A DNA stretch of 56,005 nucleotides, taken from Nemertoderma westbladi. Its lineage: Eukaryota; Animalia; Xenacoelomorpha. Location of the stretch: contig JAUCBJ010006203.1 of the NCBI GenBank assembly GCA_032718475.1, forward strand, positions 1-56,005. The letters are read 5' to 3'. This document shows, one piece after another, positions 1 to 11,671 of this stretch. Every line of letters begins with the position of its first letter. Position 1 is the first letter of the stretch. The notes under the pieces were generated by a model. The model searched no databases. It was not told the DNA's origin and worked only from the letters and a program-made list of their open reading frames with translations. The position numbers and the translations under genes were made by a program.

Positions 1-2
1 CG

Positions 3-3000
3 TCGGTTCTTGATATAAACACTAAATTGACAGGTTTGATTCTTTAAGTATTCCAATACTAACATAGCATCTATCCAAAATACAATCATACTTAATAAAA
101 AGTCAAGTTTATCCACTACTGCCTCACTCATCGTAGCTGCATAGACCGCTGCTTGCATTTCTGCTCTAGGAATAGTTATGTCTGAGCCCATAGTCTTAGC
201 TTTGGCAAATATTAGTGATACTTCAACTCCTTCTTCTGACTGTTTTCTGAGATATATAGCCATGCCGAATCCTGTCGTACTAGCATCGCTGAATCCATGT
301 AATTGATAATTATCTGAGTCGCTGGTTTTTACGAAATATGTACGTGGTATATGTAAGTCCTCTATATCATTTAATTTCGATTCCCATTTTAACCAATCTT
401 CCAATATGTCACCTTCTATATTATCGTCCCAACCAATGTCTAATTTCCACATTCTGTGTACTATATTTCTGGCGATTAATATTATTGGTGATATTAGTCC
501 TAATGGATCGAAATATGTTGACAATATACTGAGACATATCCGCTTTGTTCTCATACCAGGTTCTCTTGTCTTTACTTTGTAATATAATGTATCAGTTTCT
601 GGATTCCAACACATGCCTAGTGTTTTGGTTGTTGGTAAGATTTCTTTCTGCAAATCGATATCTGATTTTGCTCTATCCTCTTTAGCTATTGCATTTAAAA
701 ATGGTTTCGAATTACTAGTAAATTTAGTAAGTTTAAATCCACCTTTTTTAAGGCAATTTACAGTACCAGTAGCTAAATTTATCGCGTCATTTATGTTGTT
801 ACATGATGTGATGTTGCCGTCCATATATATGTTTTTCTTTATGTTATTTATTACCTCTGGTGAATGTTCTGTTTGATGATCGTCTGCTGTGGTTTGTAAT
901 ATACAGCTGGCATTCGAAGGGCTGGATATTATACCAAAGGCTTGGCAAGCCATCCAATATTCCTTACACGGCTTGTTAAAATCACCTTCTGGCCACCACA
1001 ATAATCTTAGACTATCGCGATCAACATGTCTTGCTTTTACTTGTAAAAACATTCCTTCAATGTCTGCAGCAAAGGCAATCTCATGCTGTCGGAATCTCAT
1101 CAACATTCCCGGTAAACTTCTGAGTAAGTTGGGACCAGCCATGATCTCTGTATTTAATGAGTGTCCCATGTAAGTTGCGGCACAGTCATTCACTACTCGA
1201 ACCTTGCCTGGTTTCCCTTCTTTTTCAACGTAATGATGCGGAAGGTAATATGTTCTGGCAGTTATTGGCGTATTCAGGGGCACTGCCTCCATATATCCCT
1301 GCGCAATGAATTTATTCATTTCCTCCACATACATTGCTTTAATTTTATCATTCGCTTCTAATCTGCGTTTCAATTGACCGGCTCGCTTTTCAGCCAATAT
1401 GCGATTATATATGAGTCTTGGCTCACTTGCTCTCCAAAGCAAACCAATTTCATATCGGCCTTCGTCAACCAAAAATTTCTTAGTGGTCTCCTGTATTTGA
1501 ATTGCTCTTTCCTCTTCCACAGAAAGACACTTTTTGTGGGATGACAATTCACAGGCATCTTGATATAACCACGCCATTACGTGCTCAGTCAATTTCAAAT
1601 CGTTTATGTCTCTTTCAAATTGACTATATGTACCAATTGTACTGTTATTGTTTTCTAACATGGAATTCATGGTAAGTTGATGAGTTAACAAAGTTGTCTC
1701 ATCCATTAACTCTACGGAATTTTCCTGTAGATACTTACACACTGAATGAACTTCCACATCAGAATCCTCGTCATCGCAATCTGAACCTGAGAAAATGGAA
1801 GTATTATTCACACTTCTGATTTCGCTGTTAACGTACAACGATTTCTGATACGTTGCATGTTCACGCAATCGTTTCTTAGACGGTCCAGTGCAATACCAAC
1901 CCAAAGGTGTTCTCACTGCATAATTGCTTAACAGCGTTGGGTGTCTAGGTATTTTCTCCAGAGGTTCGAATGCTCCGAACATGTTTTGCCCAATTAGTAC
2001 AGTTATGCCTGGATAATCTACTGAGTACTGTGGTATGTTATTATCCAAGACAAATTGGTCTGCCTTCCAATTATATGGAACCGATTGACTCTTGGTGAAG
2101 TTAGGAATGGATATCAACTTTACATGATCTATACCTTCACCAAGATGTTCTTCTATCGGTTTAACTGAGGCATAATAATAATTTGTCATGAATTGTGTTC
2201 TCCATTCATTCATTACGCCGCTTAGACTTAAATTTAGTCGATAAGAATCCTCATCGCTAAACAAGTACTTAGCTAATTGCTCGTCAATGAATGAAGTTGT
2301 ACTACCACTATCTAGCAAGGCGTTAACTCGTGCCATTCGCTCTCTGATCTGAATGATTATTTGAATTATAGGAAACTCCTTAATGTAATCATCCTTACCA
2401 TCAGTAGTTTCCAGTGTTGTACTTTCACATTCAGAGTATCCGGAATCTGGGTCCTCGTGCGTCAAAGCTTTATATATTGTATGACAACTTGTTTCTTCCT
2501 CCTCAGAGAATTCTTCCTCTCCGAAGCTCTCCTGAGTGTCACTACAATCAGTGTCTACGAAGTGTACTACTTCTTTCTTGGATTCAAGTATCTCATCACT
2601 TTTAATTACCGGCAAATTTATATGTAATAAATTATGATGAGCACCCCCACATTTGCTACACTTCTGTTTACTATAGCACTGTTTACGGTAATGACCATAT
2701 TTCAAGCAAATATAACATGCTTTAAGACTCCTCATGAAGAGTCTCCTTTCAGCCAATGAATTTGCTTCAAATACTGGACATTCAAATATACTGTGTCCAA
2801 CTTTCTTACATCTTAAACAACCATAATCCTTAGTATCTGATGACTTTACAAACCCTTTATTGGATTTATAGTTACTATTCGAACCAGATTGATTATAGGA
2901 TTTTGGTTTGACATAAGAAGGTTTTTTATCTTTTGTATTATAATTATTACCGGATTGTTTCTTGAAAACGTCTTTGATGTGATTTACTATCTCAACAAAG

Positions 3001-3581
3001 TCATTCTCATCTTCAGTTTCTGATGTATGTTGTGTTGTGTTATATACTCTACCCTTAGTTTTCTTTTGGGTTTTATTTTCTTCTTCGGGTTTATCCCCGA
3101 ATCCCTTCCGTTCATTATCTATGTATTTTAATGAAACTTCCCATTTGAGAAAACTACGGAATTCTGTCATTGTTGGTTCTCGTTTCTCATTTGCTCTAAT
3201 AGTAGCAATCCTTTTATTCCAAGCTCGTCCAAATCCACCGCCTGGTAAGGATGCTGTAATTAGTTTAACTGTCATTTCATTATCATAGCTGGCGCTTTTC
3301 TCTAACCAATCTAATTGTTTGATTAACCGTTCGATCTCATCGGCAAATCGCACAAATCCATCATTGGTTACTTTGCGCTTCTGCGTTAACTCACCATATA
3401 TACTTGTGGTCAGTGCCATTGGATTGCCGTATCTTTCGGTTAACGTTTCCATAACCAATTTAGTTGCATTTTTCCTGGACCTGAATCCAGAAGCAACCCG
3501 CTTTGGTTCACCATCAAGCATATCAAGTAACAACTTGAGTTTCTCATTCTCAGGTAACGGCACGTCTTCAATGGTTGTCAT
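3..3581 (-). pseudogene. Pao polyprotein gag-PR-RT-RNH segment, apparently open for ~1190 codons and running off the window
   Basis: ATG at 3581-3579 (MTTIEDVPLPENEK), the RT motif at 827-816 and the ..VYIKNR codons at the window start share one frame. The ORF track reports no stop-terminated ORF in that frame. The catalytic YxDD reads YMDG, and the join to the upstream ORF is frameshifted. Confidence 0.8.
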
Positions 3582-6245
3582 ATTGATCCAAAAACGGTAT
3601 CCAATCACTGAGCTTACCATCGAACTTTGCGGTTACACCAGAAGCTACAGCTGCCCTTGCATCAGTTCTAGCCATTTGTCTAGAAAAGCTATCCTGTATG
3701 CCTGCATGTGTAAACGTTGAATGGTCCATGCAGGTATAGCCTTCATTACGTTTAAGGATTGTCGGTATATTTGGATCTGAATTATGAATACGAGATTCAT
3801 CTCTGGTCATTTCAGACTCCGTTCCCGTTACTCGAGAAGTATGCTCAAGTAAATTTCTAGCTTGACTTGCTGCTTGCCTGGGTACTTGATCTTGACTGCT
3901 AGATAGATAATCCTGTCGCAGTGCACATTCCTGCCTAAGTCCATCAAGAATTTGTCTATATGATGTTTCTTGTTTTTGAAACTCTTTTAATTTCTCATGA
4001 GACAAATCTATATTTTGAAGATTCTCGTTTAATCGTAGTTGATCAAGATGCAGATCATCACGCAACTGATGGACTCTCTCCTCCTCTGATACTACACCAA
4101 GTTGAGGTGCAAACGTGTCCCGAGAAGGAGAGGAGATCCGTAATGGTCTGAATACTCGAGTCGGTTGATGAAATGTCCGACTATTTGGGTTCAATGGCCG
4201 TCCGGGACAAAACTCACTGTTTCCAGGTAGAATTGTACTGGATAATGGCGCATTATGATATCTTGATTTATTATTTTGATTTAAGTCAGAAATGGATTCT
4301 TGGTTATTTATAGAAGGGTCAACAATATTTGAAACATTATTGACATTACTGTCCCTTCTGTCATTTCCAAACGATGGTCTATCGGTATGCCGATGCCTGT
4401 TCTGCTCAAAATCATCAACAGTTTTCCTAAGATTTGATCTGACTATGGGATCAGAACTTAAATCAATCTTAGGAGTTTGATGAGGTAAAGGAACATCAGA
4501 TTTTCGATATTTATCCGATGGAGTAGTAGTAAGATAGGTGTTATTTATTGATTTATCGCTTCGCTTTTTAACCTTTCTAGAACGCCTAGTTCTATCACTT
4601 CCATGATTAAAATCCTCAACATCCGTTGCACTATAGCAACTAGCTGATGATTCTTTACTTAATCCCCAACTAACTCTTTTCTTACTACTATCCAAAGTAA
4701 TGTTTAAAATCATCGTTGGATTTATCTTTATTTAATAACCTTTGATCTTTTAATATTTTCTCATTCCTTTCTATATTTTTCCTAACTGATTCAGCTGTTT
4801 TCAATGCATCAGTTCGGATTTTTAAATTCAAACTTTCTTGTTCAGCCTTGGCTTTATCTTGTGCTAGCTTAATTAATTTTAAATCAGCCGCTACTTTATT
4901 TTTCTGTATTTCAATCTCAGCTCTCTCTTGATCAGCCTTAGCTTCATTGCTCAGCTTAAGATTTTCGGCTTCCATTGCTAATCTGTCCCTCTCACAAGTC
5001 AAATCCAACTGCCTCTGCAACTTCTCTCTTGCAGCATCTTCTTCCAGTTTGAATCTTGCCTCTCTTATTGCTTCAACTTCATCAGCCATCTCTCTGATTA
5101 TCGTCTGAGCCGCTTCGCTACTAGGACGTAATCCTTTAAGTCTAGCTCTTACGCGATCCTCACCATAGTCCTCAAACAAGAAACTGAGAAGCTGTATAGG
5201 ATCTCCGTCGTAAGGTACCCTTTTAGGTTGTTCCCCTTTAGAAACATCGGTACCGTCGCTATCAGAATTAATGTCAGTTGTTGGAGCATGAGTTAATAAT
5301 CTACTCATAATGTCAGAAGCAATTACAGCTACTTTCTCTAAATGCTTATCGACACTCTGACTTAGCCGTGGCATATCTCGTCTTGAACTAGCTTCATGGA
5401 ATGCAGATAAAATTTCCATGATTCTATTTATTTTCAATTTAAGATCTTTGTAAAGTAATATGCAATCAATGTTATTAAATGTCTCACTGTCCATTTGTTT
5501 ATTGATTTGTTGGCAAAAACTACAAAAACCTTGAACATAACCACGCATTATGCGACCAAATTTCGTTTCATTTGATTTACGGGGTACTTTAGTACTTTAG
5601 AGTCATATAATTGTTCCCATGTATAATCTGTATAATCTGCATACCTTTGCAGACCAACCTGACTATACACTACATGATCACTACTCGAAGGGTTAAATAC
5701 TGTATCATCAGGTATTCCTACAGTATTATTTAAACTGTATTTGAGAATAATGACCTAAAGGCATCATTTTCTCCTAACTGTTCTCCTATATTACCACCGG
5801 TAGCAGTATCCAACTGATTTGTCTCAGCTGCTTGCTCAGAAGGAACATTAGCTGTACTTTCTACAAAACTGGCAGCTAAAATAGGATTATGAGGTGTATT
5901 TACAGTATTTGCTTCAGTTAAGCCTACACCTACAGTATCGAACAGATTTAAATTTCCCTCCAAATAATCGGAACTATCTGGAGGAGATTTATCAGTCTCA
6001 GTTGAAACACTCTGGCGCGAGACTTTACTAGCTCTCCAGCCATCATAAGCCTTGCTGGCTTTCGGTCCGACAACCTGAGGTCTTGTCACAGGTTCGGGTT
6101 TACCTTTCCCCGTTACTTCAGGTTCAGTAACAACCGGTGATATTATTTCCGGCTCAATAAGTACTTCAGTAGGGCTTTCGGAATCAGAATGGATTGAATC
6201 ACGATCCTGATTTAATTTAATTTTATCCTTATTACCGGTAGTCAT
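3568..6245 (-). pseudogene. Frameshifted N-terminal gag extension (track ORFs 5730-6245, 4688-5548, 3568-4713)
   Basis: Three collinear, near-abutting minus-strand ORFs (low-complexity, coiled-coil, then FDGKLSDWIPFLDQ). Frameshifts occur near ~5730, ~5565, ~4700 and ~3582. Confidence 0.7.
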
Positions 6246-9182
6246 TTTGGATTATCAACACTTACCTATAGTCTTTAAATTAATAAATCGGTAGTGCAAT
6301 ATAAATAATCCAAGCCAATAAGAATACTGAAAGTAATAAACAAATAGCCTACTGCAGTATAACAGTATTAATAGCAGCTGTCTGAATGCTGCGCAAATTT
6401 ACTGTACTTGATAATGTAATAATATGTCAAAGTTATAACAATAACAATCTTTACCGTATAATTAAATATACAGCCTTTATACAGTGTTAAATAATAACTA
6501 CTGGGCGTACATGCCAGACTGTCAATAATAATGCTTTAAATTCAGTTACCAAAGAAACAACTGTAATACTTAATAACAATAATAAAATAGTTGAATATTC
6601 AATGAATACGATTACCATACACAGCGTGCAGCAAGTGATTCAATAATTCAACCACTCAGCATATGGATGGTTCTTCAACAAATATTATTGTACACGGGTA
6701 TACAATCTGTTATATATCCCTGGTTGGCCCTAATGATATTAATGGCCAATCAGGTATCTTTAAACCTACCAGCTATCAAAGCCAATGCAGAACGCTTCGG
6801 AGCCGATAGATATTCACAACTTTAGGACAAGGATTTTAGCCGTGTATTGTGGCTAATAATATATATTTGATCCGTACGTAACATAAAATAAAATAGCGTA
6901 AAAACAAATACCAATTAATACTCAAGAGCTGATAATCCAAAATGAAATATATAGAACAATTTTGAGTTCAAATTTTGAATTTTATGTTTAATAATTAACA
7001 ATTATTCGCGGCAGATTGGCTCCGCTAAGGAATAACTGTCTGTACAAACAATACAAAACGACACATACAGTAGATCTTACAATACAAACGAACAAACGAG
7101 CAATATAATATAAGAATAGATGAGTAAATATTTTGGGTAAGAGATTGATACGTTACCTGTTGTGCTCTTGGTTACAAATAAATATCAATCACTCCTTTTT
7201 TAGTACTTTGTAGGACGGTAGAACGTACTTACGATATATCGATGGTTCGCGTAGCACAATTTAGGACAGCTACAGCCTTGGTTGATATGTCTGTTTAACG
7301 ACTAGGTATAAGCCTAGGATACCTTAGTCGGAAATAATACTAATCAGATTAGTATTAATTAACAAATCCTGGTAAGTTTTCGCTTCGAATCAAAAACCAA
7401 TCAAAATTTGTGGATGGTCAATCAAAAATTTTATTAAGGATAAGGTCGATTTAACATTCAAATTTAACCTAGTTGGAAAGCGTGGTACTCAAATTGCTAA
7501 CAAACCTCAGTACAGCTAAATTTGAAACGGACTTAATATGGTTCTCAGACAGAGCCAAAGCGCGTCAGCTTTTAAGTTGAAGGAGATTGACCAATTAATT
7601 ACCGCCTGTTTTTGAAAAATCTATTAAATAAAATTAATGAGACAATTTAGGTAGGGGTTTAGCCTTGTGTCAGGTAACCAACTCTGACTACAAAACTCGC
7701 TTTGAACCAATAACAATTCGCAGCGCGAGACGTGTACTTTTACAGTCGCGTCTGAAGTACCATAAACAGCTTCAGACCAGTCAGGACGACTTTCAGCACA
7801 ACTTCAGTCCAAATATATTTGAGTTCGCAATATCTAATAAAAGAGAACCTCCACAAACATATTTGAGCATTAGGTAATACTACTTTGTTAAGTTGAGATA
7901 TATGACTAACACACTAGTTGAACATAAAACAACCCATCGTTATCAGAATGTTGAAATTTATAATTAAAATTACCGATTTTAAAAAAGATCGCGACTCCTA
8001 ATTGAAAGAGGACTAAAATAATTAATGTACGCGCACGAACGCAAGGTGGTTATTGTGAGTCCAACTTATTTTGTTCTAGTTGTATAGCCGTGCGTGTTTG
8101 GACAGTTCGTAATAACGTTACGGACTTGTAACGTTATCGGCTTTAAGTTTGTTTATTTCAATCAGAAGCTAATCTCCAACGAGCAATTTCACAGTAAACC
8201 AGGTGCATTAGTTACATATCTCAAATTTGTAAAATGTAATAATCATTAGTTTGATTTTTATTGGATTTGTAATTAATCACTAATTGAGCACTTTATTTCC
8301 GACACTTACTTGTTATGGTGTTCCAGAACGACAATTCGGGTCTGTTTCCTAACTCAAAGCGGGAGCAAGTGACAACAGGGGTGAAACACGCTTACCAATG
8401 CTTTGTTCAGGCTAATGGACAAGACAAGTGCAAGGGTTTACGTCCTACTCACTGACCGGGTTTGGCGGTTCTTTGTGTTGTCCAGTCCCTCTTCTAGATA
8501 TCTCGGAACATCTCGGAATCTAATCTCGGAGAGTTAGATAAGATAGGCAACCATCCCGGAAAACATAATATCGTTGAGTTTACACATAACACTTAATATA
8601 TTACTCTTTGCCCTACATGCATTGCAATGCACTACAAGTACATGCAATCTCGGTGCATTTGTACAAATAATTATGCTCAAATTAGTTAATAGTTAATTAT
8701 TTTAGTCCTCTTAAAACCTAACTAAACATTATCAGACTCTACAAATAATAACAGGGTATTCTAACCTACGCGCATCGCATATACGCTCGTACAGATTGGT
8801 AGAATGACAGATTAATTAAAAGGTCATTCAGAGACGATATTATGACTAAAATGGGCCGGAGTATCGTGAGGCACAGCAATGCAACAAGCATATTATCCCT
8901 TGTAGTAGTAGCAAGGTGATAATTGGCTGGCTACACATGCGGTATAACGTGGAGATATTGTGACAATAAGGGCGGGAATGTACATTAATCCCATAAATGC
9001 CTTGTCATATCACGCACTAACCGGCCTCCTAATGTATTACATGGGTTGTTTTCCATTGTAATGTGTTTGCTTATGGTGGAAGCACTCTCTACCGAGTAAA
9101 ATACCAATTCGCCGTGATGGACCACCGATTGTCTCGATATAGCTCAACATTGGCAATGGTTATTACACGAGTGACTTCACAA

Positions 9183-9726
9183 CATACGTGTTTATTAACA
9201 AGAACCGACAGTTTGAATATAAGACCACCATTTTTACATTTCATAAAAACCGCCGGTTTTGAAAACTACATACGTGTTTATTAACAAGAACCGACAGTTT
9301 GAATAATAGACCACCATTTTTACATTTCATAAAAACCGCCGGTTTGAAAACTACATACGTGTTTATTAACAAGAACCAACAGTTTGAAAATAAAACCGCC
9401 ATTTTTACATTTCATAAACACCGCCGGTTTGAAAATTATATGTTTTAAAAATGTTTTTCATCAATAAAAACCGCCAGTTTGAACATTTAATAACCACCTT
9501 TTTAATACAACCGTCACTTTCTATGCAAAATTCCGCAATGACTACAGGTTTCGTTTCAGGTAATATAACCAATATATCTTAAACCGCCGGTTTAATATCG
9601 TAACCGGAGGTTACTACCAGCCATTTTTGTATGATCCATACTAACCCCCGGTTTATCAATCACTACCGCAAGTACCTATCCATAACCAATGGTTAAAAAA
9701 TCGACCGGCACTTACTTTTTTCAGTG
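9183..9726. mobile_element. One end of a putative non-autonomous DNA transposon with ~86-bp internal tandem repeats
   Basis: About three copies of catacgtgtttattaacaagaaccgacagtttgaa...aaaaccgccggtttgaaaac (9183-9430). The segment ends in ttttttcagtg, the reverse complement of a CACTGAAAAAA terminus. The partner TIR is not visible. Confidence 0.4.
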
Positions 9727-10014
9727 TTGATATGCTATAGCAAATCCGAAAGCAGATTCGGAATCAGCATCGTCCAATTGTATAGAAAAGTGTATTTTCA
9801 TATGAACAAATTTATATTTGAAAAATAATGCTTAAACCCACACAGTGGACTGCCGCGCTTAAAATTTGTAAACTTCAATGTGCTTGAGCACACCCTAAAA
9901 ATTGAGATATGATGCTCACATTTTTTTGGTGTGTTTTCTCATGGAATGGACCCAATTGACACCCTGAACGATCCAAAAATCACATCTTCGATTTTTAAGA
10001 GCCACCCTAATACC

Positions 10015-11400
10015 TATACGAAATTGCGCCGCCACAACTCCCTATCACCCATCCGCATCTTCAAGGCCAGTGTCCTTTAAGATGTGTCTCAAGAAAGTCA
10101 TGGGCTGTCCACCATGCTTATTCACTCCATGAGGCTGCCAAAGCACTAGATTATGCACTGGCTAGTCTTCACGGCGAAAGCAATGGCCTGCAAAGTGGAG
10201 TCAGCTCAGTTCAAGTGTCCAGCTTGGGGGAGCCTAATGAAACACCTAATGTTATATACCGGGTGTTCCATAATGATTGCCCCCCCTGGCCAGCCAAAAC
10301 TGCCAGGTGTAATATATCATTCGAAAGATAATTTAATTCTGAGCTTGCATGCAAAAATTTAGGGTCCAATAGAAAAGTATACAAATTTGATAGGCTATTA
10401 TTTAAAACAATCTTATTTTCATTATATTTTTGATTTAATCACAATTAAATAAAATATAATTTATCCAGGGTTAGTCATCAGCTTTACAGCCATGTTTCCC
10501 CTTTGCAGCACGGGGAGCTCCTCGATAGTGGTAAGGGATGTTGGCCCTTAAAAGGGCCGTTTTGGTTTGAGTTCAGTTTGAATATGCCACAGAATCACGA
10601 CCCTCTCTAAAAGTAACATCTCTGATCCTGTCAACAATACGTTTTTCTTCACAGTCATCGAAGATTGCACTGGAACTTGTCATTTTAATTACTTCTGTTA
10701 GGCCTAATTCAGTAAAATTAATAAAGAAGCACTAATACTGGTAACCGAATACTGTAATATATTGCAATTCAGCAAAAATCCGGCAGTAATAACTGTTTAA
10801 ACATTTAAACAGGGCTGCATGCAACCTGCAAAGCTGATGACTAACGCTGGATAAATTATATATTTATTAATTGCGATTAAATCAAAAATATTGAAAAGTA
10901 AGATGGTAGGTCTAAATAATTGCCTTATAAAATTTTTATACTTTTGTAATGGACCCTAAATTTTTGCATGCAAGCTCAGAATTAAATTCTATTTCAAATG
11001 ATATATTACACTAAAGTACATGTCTGGCAGTTTTGGCTGGCCAGGGGGGGGGGGGGGGGAATCATTATGGAACGCCCGGTACAGAGTCTGATTGGAGATG
11101 TGTTCATTCTACACAATGAACCCGGCGTAGTGTAAGTGACATCCAGAGATTTGGTGCCCTCGGTCTTTAGAGCCCAGCATTGACTCCCATACAGGAGAAC
11201 TGGTTCTACTGCTGCTCTAAATAATCGAACCTTAATTTTTCGGCGTATTCAACGTCACTTCCAAATCCTCTACAGCCCATTCAATGCTGCCCAGATGCAT
11301 TTCACTTGGTATTCGAAAACTTCCGGATCCATTAATGATCAGTCTTACCAATTACATAGTAATCTGGCTGTTTTTCAAACTGGAAATGTTTTAATTTTAA
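10015..11400 (-). mobile_element. Decayed RTE-like non-LTR retrotransposon 3' fragment, split by a MITE
   Basis: Minus-strand remnants KIKVRLFRAAVEPVLLYGSQCWAL (~11170-11240) and LHFAGHCFRRED*PVHNLVLWQPHG (~10125-10200) match the typical post-RT C-terminal motifs. In-frame stops are present. Confidence 0.72.
10259..11079. mobile_element. MITE (Tc1/mariner-type) with ~230-bp imperfect TIRs and TA target duplication
   Basis: TA|ccgggtgttccataatgattgccccccctggccagccaaaactgccag ... ctggcagttttggctggccaggg(n)aatcattatggaacgcccgg|TA. Inverted identity continues through ctgagcttgcatgcaaaaatttagggtcca and ttatccagggttagtcatcagcttt. Confidence 0.88.
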
Positions 11401-11477
11401 TTTTCTTCATATTTCCAACCAGCTCAAGATATGCACGTGTACACATCCTGAATTCTATAGGGGTTACTTTTATTTAG

Positions 11478-11671
11478 GAACAATATTCTAACGCTGTTAT
11501 TGTCCGCGGATACCGAGCCGGACAACTCCGCTAAGAGAGTTCCTTGCACCTGTAACCCCAGTCTGGAGACTGACATTAGACGAGTTGTCTCCAGTCAAAT
11601 TCGTCAACGTAAAGGGGAATTACCTTGTTTCTATCTGAGCAACAATACAGTGACATTCGCTCTACCAAGCG
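11478..11671 (+). CDS. ZRANB1: ZRANB1/Trabid exon A (end of AnkUBD to start of OTU region)
   Basis: tttag|G acceptor, then NNILTLLLSADTEPDNSAKRVPCTCNPSLETDIRRVVSSQIRQRKGELPCFYLSNNTVTFALPS, then G|gtaagt donor. It resembles the Trabid segment IRREIAASLHQRKGDFACYFLTDLVTFTLPA. Phase 1 matches exon B. Confidence 0.9.

Larger units (their letters stand above)
1..6245 (-). mobile_element. BEL/Pao LTR retrotransposon, gag-pol region (degenerate; 3' part with integrase lies beyond window start)
   Basis: Minus-strand translation shows the BEL/Pao domain order: DUF1759-type gag (FDGKLSDWIPFLDQ..EKLKLLLDMLDGEPKR..ETLTERYGNP), three Cys/His knuckles (CLRCKKVGHSIFEC, CYICLKYGHYRKQC, CSKCGGAHHNLLH; ~2620-2823), aspartic protease ALLDSGSTTSFI (~2290-2325), RT (AADIEGMFLQV, FGIISSPS, YMDG, GGFKLTKF), then the Pao RNase H/Peptidase_A17 region (LHGFSDAS, TIPRAEMQAA, WIDAMLVL..KNR). 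Confidence 0.93.

Noticed and set aside
338-4480. Short plus-strand ORFs
   Set aside because: They are antisense shadows of the Pao polyprotein.
6246-9184. Exact 5' LTR and primer-binding site of the Pao element
   Set aside because: The second LTR is outside the window and no convincing PBS was found; candidate ends at 9149 and 9184 cannot be distinguished.
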